Assembly: GCF_030684315.1 (NCBI RefSeq)
Contig: NC_081386.1
Location: 12,285,914 to 12,349,913, forward strand
Direction of reading: 5' to 3'
From: Stegostoma tigrinum
Lineage: Eukaryota
Length of the DNA stretch: 64,000 nucleotides
Made by a program: the position numbers and the translations under genes. Below are positions 13,433-24,299 of the stretch, piece by piece (position 1 is the first letter of the stretch; every line of letters begins with the position of its first letter). The notes under the pieces are model-generated. The model saw only the letters and a program-made list of their open reading frames with translations. It searched no databases and was not told the DNA's origin.

Positions 13433-14248
13433 CTATTTTCAATTTTAATTTTAACAATTATAAAATTGCTCTATGCCATTTGCACCCTCACTGCAAGTAA
13501 GCCCATGTCCAAAACCAAACTTCAAACCCTGACCAGTGCTGCCTCTGGCATAATTCTTTATTAAATAGACACATGCTGTGCCAGCCACAGTGGGCATTTC
13601 TATTCCAAGCCAAAAAGCAAAAACAGAGGTACAGTACCCTACACTTTGCTAGCAGGAGCGCACAGGAGGGGAAAATATACTTGTATGACGCATAATCTGT
13701 ATTCTTCCAGTTTTGCCTCAGATTAGCACAGTGTCCAAACACTGTCTGGGTAGACCAGAATGATTGCTGGGAGACAGTTTGTGCCCCAGTAAGCCTTTAA
13801 TCTCAGCTTGGTTACATTCTAGGCTCTTTAAAGGATAAGTCAGATTTTATGAACTAATTTTGTAACCTGCCATAGAACTGATTCAGATCATGTATGGGAG
13901 CAGTAAAGAGGAGAAACACCTTGCATTCGATAATGAAAAATTTCTTTATAGCAAAGTAAATAACAGAAGTGCACCATTCTGTTTTCAGTTTGCCTCACCA
14001 ATCTTCCTGTGAGACAGTGGCACTGAGGAAGCATGTTTTGGATACTCAGAATTGAATGGGAAAAATACTTCCTCGCAAATGGGTAGTGTGCTGGTTACAA
14101 TGAGCCATTCCGAGTCATCCCAGGTTGCTGGGATTTGGTACACACTATAGATAATTTGGATAATTTTGTAGCCAACTATTTCCCAGTTTGTAAGCAGGTC
14201 TGCAGTAACTAAAACATGATCAGTTTAACAAGGCAGGAGATGGGATTG

Positions 14249-15057
14249 TGTAGTGATTGGCACCAGGTGGATGCCATTGACTACAAGATCCCTGATTGGA
14301 GTTGTTAACCTGGGCCAATCAGGAAGCTAGCTGACCAATATAAACAGAGGATTCTAACACCAACTGTCTTTTGTTTTACAGCACTGTGGAAGTGTGTGCT
14401 TGTGCCCAATCTTGAGTTATCTTAAAGAACTCTTTTTGTGTTTTTGACTACACTTCAGCCCCATGCTCCTGATCATTGGGCACCTGTTGTGAAGGGGAAT
14501 GAGTGGGTCTGAGGATCTCCTCATGGGTCTGCTCCTAGGCCATTAATAGGTCCAGGCAGCAGGCTGTGGTAATTATGGCTGACTACTTGCCCCTTTTCTG
14601 TGGCTACATGCCCGGCTGCAGAAAGAGCACATTTTGTCCATTAATACTCTTGATACCTTTTGGGAGAGGTGGGTACTGCAGGTTGTTCAGTGCTTTATTC
14701 CCCCTCCAATGCCATTTTGATTGGACCTCCCCCTCACCACCTTGTTCACATAGGCATTGCCCCCAGGGTCTCTGCTTGCTACTGGTTCTTTAGTCACATG
14801 GTTGATTTACCTGGTGGTGGTATGTTAGTAAAGTTATTTGCTCACCTGGTGTTTTTACTGCATTTCACACCTAAAGAGGTACATCAAGGGTGCTAGGGAC
14901 GATAAGTACTGCTGATTTTTTTTTTAAAAAAGTGATTAGAATCTCCTCAGAAAGAAACAAAAACATATAAACAGGGGACTGACTCCAAGCTGGCTGACCA
15001 AATGGTGCCCAAATAAATAACGAGAGATTTGGTGATGGGATACCATCAGTTATTTCA
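14249..15057 (+). mobile_element. Solo LTR (probably Gypsy-type), split by a Tx1/L1 insertion
   Basis: Starts TGTAGT and ends TTTCA; CCAAT box (ggccaatcag), TATAAA, AATAAA near 15012; flanks gattg/gattt resemble a 5-bp TSD with one mismatch. Confidence 0.55.
14348..14964 (+). mobile_element. 5'-truncated Tx1/L1-clade LINE 3' end
   Basis: Degenerate reading FSPMLLIIGH...SEDLLMGLLLG...INRSRQQAV resembles the Tx1-type ORF2 C-terminus; A-rich end; 10-bp TSD atataaacag at 14338-14347 and 14965-14974. Confidence 0.6.
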
Positions 15058-15064
15058 GATTTGT

Positions 15065-15310
15065 TTTTTTTCTTTATTCATTTACAGGATGAGGGCATTG
15101 CTAGCTAGGCCAGCATTTATTGCCCATCCCTAATTTCCCAGAGGACAGTTAGGAATCATGCACATTGTTGTGGGTTTGGAGTCACATGTAGGCCAGGATG
15201 GCAATTTCCTTCCCTAAAGGACATTAGTGAACCAGATGGGTTTTTCCAACGATCAACAATGGATTCATGGGCATCACTAGATTCTTAATTTCAAATTTTT
15301 TTATTGAATA
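15065..15310 (-). mobile_element. tRNA-derived SINE family A (partial)
   Basis: ttattcatttacaggatgagggcattgctagctaggccagcatttattgcccatccc. Confidence 0.8.
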
Positions 15311-15659
15311 TTATTTGCATACTTTCTCAGTGAGGAGTCCTCCCCCTGTTCAGATCCTCAGCCAATGGCCCTGTGAGGGTGTGGGGCCCTCCATCTTATA
15401 GTCAGATGCATTGTTCAACTGTTTTATGTTTGAATATCTGAGTCTGTTCACTGTTGATGCTCACTGTGCTTGATTGATTAAGCCTAGCTGTGTATTCAAT
15501 GGTAAGTACGAAAGCTGTGGAAAGAGCTGTAGCCTAGTGCAGACAAATAAACACACTAACTAAAAACCTGTTATATGCGTCAAAAGTTAAACTACAGAAA
15601 ACTGTGCAGCTGTGGCCTTTTGGAAACTATTTATTTTCATTTGGTCTTGAGAGGACTTC

Positions 15660-16040
15660 TATCATTTTCACATGGGCATGTGTGACCCAGACAAAGCCAG
15701 GACTTGCTGACCATCCCTAGCTGCACTTGGGATGGTGGTGAGCTAATTTCTTGAACTATTGCTGCCCATCTGTTATAAATATAATCCTCAAGTATGTGAG
15801 GAAGGGAATTCCTGGATTTGGATCCACCGAAATTGAAGGAATGGTGAAAAAGTTTGAATTTCAGAGAATATTTCAATGCTTGTGGATGGTGGATAGGTTT
15901 TGGGATGATAGGTGGTATATTACTGCTAAATATATATCCCCTGACCTGTTCTTGTAGCTGCAGTATTTACGTGGGCATTGAATACAGTTTTCGGCCAATA
16001 GTAACCTCCAGGATGTTGATAGAAGGAGATTCAGTGAAGG
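15660..16040 (-). mobile_element. L2 LINE 3' fragment
   Basis: Same family as 12110-12510 and 46940-47560. Confidence 0.65.
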
Positions 16041-16041
16041 G

Positions 16042-16200
16042 AAGGTTTAATTCCACCCTAGGGTGACTGTCTTTGTGGAGTTTACACGTTGTCCCTGTGT
16101 CTGCATGTGTTCCCTCTACATGCTCTGGTTTCCTGCCACAGCACAAAGATGTGCAGGTTAGGTGGACTGGCCATGGGAAATGCAGCATTGGGGTGGTAAG
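16042..16200 (+). mobile_element. HE1-like SINE fragment
   Basis: ggtttaattccacc...gactgtctttgtggagttt...aaagatgtgcaggttaggtgg. Confidence 0.75.
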
Positions 16201-16329
16201 TTGCCTTTCAGAGGACAGGTCTGGACTTGATCACCCTAGTACCCTGCTTCTACACTGTTGAAGTTCTATGAGTAAGGATGTCTGCATCAATCTAGCCAAG
16301 TTTTATTTTCCATCTTCTGAGTGACAATG

Positions 16330-16882
16330 ATATGAAAGCAAGAGTAGGTCTATATCATGGCTGATGTTCATCCAAACACCATTTTCCCTCATTATCCCCA
16401 TAATCCATTGGTGTCATTAGTATCAAAAAGCCTATCTATCTCTAGAGTCACACATCATGAAAACAGATCCTTCGGTGCAACCAGTCTATGCCAAACATAA
16501 TTCCAAATTAAACTGGTCCCACCTGCCTGCTCCTGGCCCATATCCCTCCAAACCTTTCCTATTCATGTACTTAGCTAAATGACTTTTAAATATTGTAATT
16601 TTACCCACATCCACCACTTCCTCAGAAAGATCATTCTGCACATGAACCACCCTCTGGGTAAAAAATTGCTCCTCGTCTTTTTTAAATCTTTCTCTTCTCA
16701 TCTTAAAAGCGTGCCCTTTAGTCTTGAAATTCCCCATCTAAGGGTAAAGACAACTACCATAAACTCTATCTCTAACTCTCATAACTTTGGAAAAATGTAT
16801 AACTGATCTTCTCTGACCCTCTAGGGCAGAAAAATTGGGTAAGATCTGATAAAGGTCTTAAATTGCTTGTAGTTTTTCTAAG
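16330..16882 (-). mobile_element. Nested CR1 3' fragments; the older one continues at 19622-19930
   Basis: ORF 16486-16737 (KTKGHAFKMRRERFKKD..FFTQRVV) is a CR1 C-terminus; the older CR1 resumes after the Penelope TSD (gactcctttagttttagactc). Confidence 0.75.
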
Positions 16883-16980
16883 TGACAATGGGAACTGCAG
16901 ATGCTGGAGAATCCAAGATAATAAAATGTGAGGCTGGATGAACACAGCAGGCCCAGCAGCATCTCAGGAGCACAAAAGCT

Positions 16981-17008
16981 GACGTTTCGGGCCTCGACCC
17001 TTCATCAG
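16981..17008 (-). ncRNA. Minimal type I hammerhead ribozyme core
   Basis: Minus strand CTGATGA-A-GGGT-CGAG-GCCC-GAAA-CG-TC; palindromic ACGT in place of stem III, as known for PLE minimal hammerheads. Stem I is only ~2 bp. Confidence 0.75.
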
Positions 17009-17467
17009 AGAGGGGGATGGGGTGAGGGTTCTGGAATAAATAGGGAGAGAGGGGGAGGCGGACCGAAGATGCTGCCAGACCCGCTGAGCTTTAACAGCAA
17101 TTTCTGTTTTTATTCCTGATTTACAACATTTGCAGAACTTTTCAATTTTTATCAAGAGGTCATTATCATTGCTTTTAATGAAAAGTATCTGATAGCAAAA
17201 TAAATGACTCTTGTTTGAATTCAGGTAGAAATGAAAGCTCCATAAACAAATGTTTGAAAAATGTATTATTTAAGAAACTGTAACTTTTTCAATGCAATGG
17301 AGAAATATGACATTCCACAAATATAAAATTTGCTTTTCAGATCCAGTGAGATTACTTACCAGCAATTGCGAAGTCAGTTGACAACTGTTGACAATCCAGC
17401 CACATCTTCTTCAATATAATTAATTGTGAGACTGGATGAACACAGCAGGCTCAGGAGCACAAAAGCT

Positions 17468-17495
17468 GACGTTTCGGGCCTAGACCCTTCATCAG
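17468..17495 (-). ncRNA. Minimal type I hammerhead ribozyme core
   Basis: Minus strand CTGATGA-A-GGGT-CTAG-GCCC-GAAA-CG-TC. Confidence 0.75.
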
Positions 17496-17659
17496 AGAGG
17501 GGGATGGGGTGAGGGTTCTGGAATAAATAGGGAGAGAGGGGGAGGCGGACCGAAGACAGAGAAAAAATAAGATAGGTGGAGAGGAGAGTATAGGTGGGGA
17601 GGTAGGGAGGGGATAGGTCAGTCCAGGGAAGACGGACAGGTCAAGGAGGTGGGATGAGG

Positions 17660-18678
17660 TTAGTAGGTAGGAGATGGAGGTGCGGCTTGGGGTGGTAGGA
17701 AGGGATAGGTGAGAGGAAGAACAGGTAAGGGAAGCAGAGACAGGTTGGACTGGTTTTGGGATGCGGTGGGTGGAGGGGAAGAGCTGGGCTGGTTGTGTGG
17801 TGCAGTGGGGGGAGGGGACAAACTGGGCTGGTTTTGGGATGCGGTGGGGGAAGGGGAGATTTGGAAGCTGGTGAAGTCCACATTGATACCATTGGGCTGC
17901 AGGGTTCCCAAGTGGAATATGAGTTGCTGTTCCTGCAACCTTCGGGTGGCATCATTGTGGTACTGCAGGAGGCCCATGATGGACATGTCATCTAGAGAAT
18001 GGGAGGGGGAGTGGAAATGGATTGCGACTGAGAGGTGCAGTTGTTTATTGCGAACCGAGCGGAGGTGTTCTGCAAAGCGGTTCCCAAGCCTCCGCTTGGT
18101 TTCCCCAATGTAGAGGAAGCCACACCGGGTACAATGGATGCAGTATACCACATTGGCAGATGTGCAGGTGAACCTCTGCTTAATATGGAAAGTCATTTTG
18201 GGGCCTGGGATAGGGGTGAGGGAGGAGGTGTGGGGGCAAGTGTAGCATTTCCTGCGGTTGCAGGGGAAAATGCCGGGTGTGGTGGGGTTGGGGGGCAGTG
18301 TGGAGCGAACAAGGGAGTCACGGAGAGAGTGGTCTCTCCGGAAGGCAGACAAGGGTGGGGATGGAAAAATGTCTTGGGTGGTGGGGTCAGATTGTAGATG
18401 GCAGAAGTGTCAGAGGATGATGCGTTGTATCCGGAGGTTGGTGGGGTGGTGTGTGAGAACGAGGGGGATCCTCTTTGGGCGGTTGTGGCGGGGGCGGGGT
18501 GTGAGGGATGTGTTGCGGGAAATGCGGGAGGCGCAGTCAAGGGTGTTCTCGGCCACCGTGGGGGGAAAGTTGCGGTCCTTGAAGAACTTGGACATCTGGG
18601 ATGTGCGGGAGCAGAATTCCTCATCGTGGGAGCAGATGCAGCGGAGGCGGAGGAATTGGGAATAGGAGATGGAATTTT
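17660..18678 (-). pseudogene. Penelope polyprotein C-terminal part: RT thumb/linker, Zn knuckle and GIY-YIG endonuclease
   Basis: ORFs 18410-18595 and 17660-18352 are in one frame, split by a single TGA; motifs IPLVLTHHP, CNRRKCYTCPH and NVVYCIHCTRCGFLYIGETKRRLGNRFAEH...HF. Confidence 0.9.
17745..17860. repeat. ~39-bp tandem repeat (3 units) in the Penelope 3' region, mirrored at ~19170-19285
   Basis: Encodes TASQNQPSLSPPP / TAPHNQPSSSPPP / TASQNQSN. Confidence 0.8.
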
Positions 18679-18764
18679 AGGGATGTGCTGGAGATGGCCC
18701 AGGTGAACTGAAGGTTGGGGTGGAAAGTGTGGGGTTTGGTGCCTGTGTAGGTGCAGAGGAGGGA

Positions 18765-19143
18765 CTGTTCACTTCACCAACAATTTCACCCCAACCTTCA
18801 GTTCACCTGGGCACTTCCCTCACCTTCCTGGACCTCTCAGTCTCCATCTCAGGCAACCAGCTTGTAACTGATGTCCATTTCAAGCCCACCAACTCCCACA
18901 GCTACCTAGAATACACCTCCTCCCACCCACCCTCCTGCAAAAATTCCATCCCCTATTCCCAATTCCTCCGCCTCCGCCGCATCTGCTCCCACAATGAGGC
19001 ATTCCATTCTCGCACATCCCAGATGTCCAAGTTCTTCAAGGACCGCAGCTTTCCCCCCACAGTGGTTGAGAATGCCCTTGACCGCGTATCCTGCATTTCC
19101 CGCCACACATCCCTCTCACCCCGCCCCTGCCACAACCGCCCAA
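18765..19143 (+). pseudogene. Penelope RT C-terminal fragment in the inverted arm; endonuclease deleted
   Basis: LTFLDLSVSISGNQLVTDVHFKPTNSHSYLEYTSSHPPSCKNSIPYSQFLRLRRICS contains the PLE RT motifs FLD, KPT, SSHP and RLRRICS. Confidence 0.9.
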
Positions 19144-19530
19144 TGTGGACTTCACCAGCTTCAAAATCTACCCTTCCCCCACCGCATCCCAAAACCAGCC
19201 CAGTTTGCCCCCTCCCCCCACTGCACCACACAACCAGCCCAGTTCTTCCCCTCCACCCACTGCATCCCAAAACCAGTCCAACCTATCTCTGTTTCCCTAA
19301 CCTGTTCTTCCTCTCACCCATCCCTTCCTCCCTACCCAATCCGCACCTCCATCTCCTACCTACTAACCTTATCCCACCTCCTTGACCTGTCCGTCTTCCC
19401 TGGACTGACCTATCCCCTCCCTACCTCCCCACCTATACTCTCCTCTCCACCTATCTTCTTTTCTCTCCATCTTCGGTCCGCCTCCCCCTCTCTCCCTATT
19501 TATTCCAGAACCCTCACCCCATCCCCCTCT

Positions 19531-19558
19531 CTGATGAAGGGTCTAGTCCCGAAACGTC
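19531..19558 (+). ncRNA. Minimal type I hammerhead ribozyme core
   Basis: CTGATGA-A-GGG-TCTAGT-CCC-GAAA-CG-TC. Confidence 0.72.
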
Positions 19559-20376
19559 AGCTTTTGCGTTCCTGAGATGCTGCTGGGCCTGCTGTGTTCT
19601 TCCAGCCTCACATTTTATTATCTTGTAGTTTTTCTAAGACTGACTCCTTTAGTTTTAGACTCACCAACTGCCTCCACCGAAAAATAATACCCAACCAGTG
19701 GAAATGACCAATCCATCCCTGTCTGGTCCTTTACGAATTTTGTAAGTTTCAACGACGCCACTTCATTCTTGTAAGTTCCAGAGAATACAAGCCTGGTCTC
19801 CTCAAGCCCCTCCTCATTAGACAGTCCCACCATTGAAGGAATCAGTCTGGTGATTCTTCACCGCAATCCCGCGCACACACAAGCATCCTTCCTTATGTAA
19901 GGGGACCAAAAGCATGCAGAATGCTCCAGAATCTTCACAGAAACAGGGACCTCTCATATGTTATTGACATGTTAATTCTCGCATATAGGTTTAATTGTCA
20001 AACACAGCAATATTAATTATTTCAAAACCAAACATTCAAAACATATCAGTGACCTGAAATTTAGCTTTTCCTCCATATCCATGGGTGCTCCCTGACCTGC
20101 TGAGAATTACCTACATTATGTCAGTGAAGAATATTATGGTTGACAATATCCAAGGGTTAATGTGTGGGACTGTATGGATAACACGTCTCTTAATAATGAT
20201 GTGTATTAGCGCAGGTTTGAGAGACTTGGAGGCAGTTTGATCATGGCTTCAGCAGAGTATGCCATGCTTACGTAAAACTGTTTGTGGTTTCTTAATTTGT
20301 ACTTTAGTATTTTATGAACTTATCAATGGCTCAACAGTCTTTTCAGAGCTGAACTAACCGACTTAAACAGCTAAGA

Positions 20377-20563
20377 GCAATAAAAAACAGAAGTTGCTGG
20401 GAAAGCTCAACAGTTCTGGCAACATCTGTGAAGAAAAATTAGAGTTAACATTTTGGGGCGTTAACTCTGATTTTGCTTCACAGATGCTGCAAGGACTGCT
20501 GAGTTTTTCCAGCAACTTCTGGTTTTTGTACCTGATTTACAGCACCCATAATTCTTTTGGTTT
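20377..20563. mobile_element. Fold-back Penelope family 2 mini-insertion
   Basis: Arms aaacagaagttgctgggaaagctc...agagttaac / gttaactct...cagcaacttctggttttt; tail on the right; perfect 14-bp TSD ttaaacagctaaga at 20363-20376 and 20564-20577. Confidence 0.9.
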
Positions 20564-21242
20564 TTAAACAGCTAAGAATTGTTCTGGAAATTGCTTTATC
20601 ATTGTGGGCACAACAAAGAGATGCTACAATAAAAATCAGCATTGTAACAGATACTTTCAATGTCTTCCACCTGGTCAGCAGTCATGGAGTGGTTACAAGC
20701 ATCCTAATCCTTCTCTCATGTTTAATGTACTGTGATATACGTCTGTTGACTTTTTAGTTGATGCCCCAGAGTCTACAAGTTCAAACAGTAACAACAGCAC
20801 ACTGGAAACTGTTTACTCAGAGTATTTTCACATAACATCTATGTCTCCCTCTTGTCTATAAAGCCTGATAACATTGTGATTGAACTGAACATAATGAGGT
20901 CTTTAAAAATTCACAATAGCATTAGTTCCTAAAAATAAACAATGCAAAACGGTTCCCTCATCAGTTATTAAAATGAATGCGTCAAAAATATCATCCAAAG
21001 AAACCTATTAACACATGCACACTAACTGATGATATGTTTTACTCCATACAAGAATATAGCTATTTCACATACATTACACATCATTGTATATCTTATCCAA
21101 ACACTACGAATGTGTATGTGCTGTGCTCATGTTATAATTTCATATATTAATTCATCACTGTGCCCAACCGTTCGTATTGTCTTGATCATTGATATACATA
21201 GAACTACAGCACAGATCATGCCATTAGAAAAAGTTGTTTTTG

Positions 21243-21437
21243 TCAGTTAGTTCAGTTGACTGGATGGCTGGATTGCAATGCAGAGTGACAGCATAAGTTT
21301 AATTCCAGCACCAGCTGATATTACTGTGAAGGTTCTACATTCTCAACCTTGTCCATCACTTGAGGTGTGATGGCCCTCAGTACCAGTCATCTCCCTTGGA
21401 TGAGACAGCAGCCCTCTGGCACTATGGCCATTTATTT
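21243..21437 (+). mobile_element. Old tRNA-derived SINE (third family)
   Basis: A-box-like tagttcagttgactgg, B-box-like gtttaattcc and a tttattta tail. Confidence 0.45.
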
Positions 21438-21511
21438 AATGCTCCAGACAAGCCTCCACAGACTCTATCCACATCATTTCACCTGATCAATATGCACTTA
21501 TTGAAACATTG

Positions 21512-21848
21512 GGGAGGTGATTGCCTGATGGCATTGTCATTAGACTTTTAATCCAGCGACATAGGTTAAAGTTTTGGAACATGGGTTGAAGTCCTGCCAT
21601 GGCAGATGGTGGAATTTAAATCCAATCTAAGTTTGGAATTAAGAGTCTAATGTTGACTGTGAAACAATTGTTGACTTACAGGGAAAGATACCATCTGATT
21701 TACCAGTGCCCTTTAGGGCAGGAAATTGCTGTCCTTACGTCTGAGTACCATGTGACCCCCATTCCACAGCAATGTGTTTGAATCTTCTGGATAATAAATA
21801 CTGGCCTGGCCAGCAATGCCCACGCACATCCTGTGAGTGAATGCAAAA
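21512..21848 (+). mobile_element. tRNA-derived SINE family A
   Basis: gggaggtgattgcctgatggcattgtcattagac...catggcagatggtggaattt...gtgagtgaat. Confidence 0.8.
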
Positions 21849-21869
21849 GGATAACAAGATAATGATATG

Positions 21870-22212
21870 TAGTTTGAGAAGATAGGTGATGTTTCCCTTT
21901 GTTGGGAAATCAAGAACAATGGGTACATTTTCAGAATAAGCAGTTGCTCAATTAAGATGGGAGTGAGGAAGAATTTCTTCTCTCAGAGAGTGATAATGCT
22001 GCTGAATTCTCGACCCTAGGGAACAGTGGAGATTGAGCCAATAAACGTAGTCACGACTGAGTTAGACAGATTTTTGAATTCTAGTTGAATTTAACATTTT
22101 GAAAAACAAATAGTGAAGTGAATTTGAGGCCAAAATGTACTCAGCCATAAACTCAGTGAATAGCAGAGAAGACCTGAATATAGCCTACTCTTGCAAACAT
22201 TTCTTATGTTTT
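21870..22212 (+). mobile_element. CR1 3' fragment
   Basis: gaggaagaatttcttctctcagagagtg...cctactcttgc...ttcttatgtt. Confidence 0.7.
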
Positions 22213-22984
22213 TTATCATGTGCTTCTGCTTTATTCTCCTGCATTTAGTTGTATATTTTCATCTTAAAGGTATCTATGTTATTCAACTCAACTGTTTCTT
22301 ATGGCAATAAGTTCCATTATTTGCTGAGTACAAGATTTTCCCAGAATTCCTTATTGGATTTGTTTATGACTCTCTTATACTCAGGGTGCCTAGTTTTATT
22401 GAGCTAGGTGGAAACATTAGATACCATCTTATTGCCTCTGAATGTTTGTGAAGGTTGAGCTCAAACGGGATCCCAAACCAGGTGGTACTGTCAGCACAAT
22501 CTACTGGAGGTGGCCAATTGGGAGATGAATCAGAGAGCAGCAGCAAGGATGTTGGGTACGAGATACCCAGCTGGTCAAATGGGAGATCCTGCAGTGTTAT
22601 CCTGCTAGGAGCCCAACCAGAGGCAGTAAGCAATGCTGTGCCAGGTAGGGGAATGTGCCTCAAGATGGGACAACCTCTGAAGATGTAAGTCATTTGCGAA
22701 AGCTTTTTTGAGTCTCAGCTGCCATGTTATAATTATGGAGGGTCCCTCCCTCTATTAAATGGTTATGGATGCAGATATGAAACAGTGCCAGAGGTGGCTT
22801 TGGAGCTGGGTGTGAAAAACAAAGGAGGATATAGAGATGTTTCCAGCTCTGTCAGCAGGATGCCACCTCCAGCGAAAATCCATATTTTACCCCTACCATG
22901 GGACTAATATGCCACCAGTTAGATCATGGTTTTGGGTGTCACCAAGTGGCCACTTCATTACCAGTGTCAGATGTATAACCGCTT

Positions 22985-23178
22985 TGAAACTAAAACCAGA
23001 AAGTTCTGGAGAAAATGCAACAGGCCTGATAGCATCTGCAGAGAGAGAACAGTTAATGTTTCAAGTCTGATATGATTCTTCATTTTCAAAATGTTAACTC
23101 TCTTTATGACTCCACAGTTCCCACCAGACTTACCATTTTTATTTCAGATCTTCAGCATCTGCAGTACTTTGCTTTCAG
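22985..23178. mobile_element. Old fold-back Penelope family-2-like mini-insertion
   Basis: gaaactaaaaccagaaagttctggagaaa...gttaatgtttc / aaaatgttaactctc...ttcagatcttcagcatctgcagtactttgcttt; TSD not clear. Confidence 0.6.
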
Positions 23179-23927
23179 AATAGTTGCTTCTATTAATCAC
23201 CTACTTCCAATGAGGTGACCCAGGAATAGGAATGTGTCAGCTGGTCAATCTGAAGGGCTATTCTGCAAAATTCCCCCGACACTCACCTCCAAAGCCGTCT
23301 CTGAGTATTTGCTAAATTCTGCCATTTTTAACTGTCATTTTGTCTATCAAAAGCATTCAACTTCTAAATGTTTCTAACAGGTTATTTTCTCAGCCTTTCT
23401 TGAGAAAAGAAGTAAAAACCTTTGGAAAGGCTGTGATGTATTTCAGTGTAGTATTGTTATGTTGCTGCTCCTTATTGCACTAAGTCATTGTGAAGGCTCC
23501 ATTTCACCATACTTATTTGGATTTGAGCCTTATATTTGTGACAGTAAGCCTTTGTTCTCATTTCCTCTCATCAACTCCAAATTGGTTTGATTTTAAAGTA
23601 GGATTTTGCGTGAATATGATAGTTAGGGAGTTTCAGTTCTCAATGCTGTCACCAATAATATTCCAATATCAATCTTCTGATTGGGTGCCACCTTGAAGAG
23701 AATGGGAGAGCTACAAACAGCCACAATACGCAACAATACAGATACAGAGGAATACTACAGCTTTTCAACTGGGACAATAAGACATAGTGCTGGGACATCT
23801 GTAATAGTATGGGAGGATGTGAACCAACTGATAAGTTAACAGCAGAAACGTTATTATGTCAAAATCTTGATATATTAACATTTTTGGCAATCCTTTCAAT
23901 GTTAATGTATAGGCTGTTTTATAAAGA

Positions 23928-24162
23928 AAAACAAAAAGAACTGCGGATACTGTAAATCAGGAACAAAAACAAAGTTTCTGGAAAAGCTCAACAGGTCAGG
24001 CAGCTTCTGTGGATGACAAAACAAGAGTTAACATTTCGGGTCCGGTGACCCTTCCTCAGAACAATTCTGAGGAAGGGTCACCGGACCCAAAACGTTAACT
24101 GTTTTCTCCTCCACAGATGCTGCCAGACCTGCTGAGCTTTTCCAGCAACTTTGTTTTTGTCC
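23928..24162. mobile_element. Fold-back Penelope family 2 mini-insertion with two opposed hammerhead cores (24030-24059 minus, 24067-24096 plus)
   Basis: Palindrome centred near 24063; each arm reads CTGAGGA-A-GGGT-CACCGG-ACCC-(G/A)AAA-(C/T)GTT; perfect 14-bp TSD ctgttttataaaga at 23914-23927 and 24163-24176. Confidence 0.92.
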
Positions 24163-24299
24163 CTGTTTTATAAAGATCTTTGCTTTCATTTCAGTTTGTT
24201 TAACATTCATTAGTCCGGTAGAAACTATTTGATTCCTGAACAAGTGCTAGCAAAGATTGACTTTTTTTTTGTTTCATTTTGTTAAATAAATCCAACAAT

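Larger units (their letters stand above)
16883..19621. mobile_element. Composite Penelope-like (GIY-YIG) retrotransposon insertion with inverted arms and a captured segment
   Basis: Perfect 17-bp TSD cttgtagtttttctaag at 16866-16882 and 19622-19638; tailed terminal repeat 16883-17070 (-); foreign segment ~17066-17424; minus arm 17425-~18730; plus arm ~18765-19621. Confidence 0.93.

Noticed and set aside
13143-13564. Four ORFs of 87-116 aa
   Set aside because: They are open only because they run through the N-gap.
17709-19575. Many overlapping G-, P- or W-rich ORFs (e.g. 17709-18113, 18258-18665, 18994-19575)
   Set aside because: Antisense or off-frame shadows of the GC-rich Penelope ORF.
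22400-22960. GC-richer segments here and at ~31076-31600 that may be old non-autonomous DNA transposons
   Set aside because: No TIR or TSD could be defined by eye, and the ORFs show no recognisable motif.
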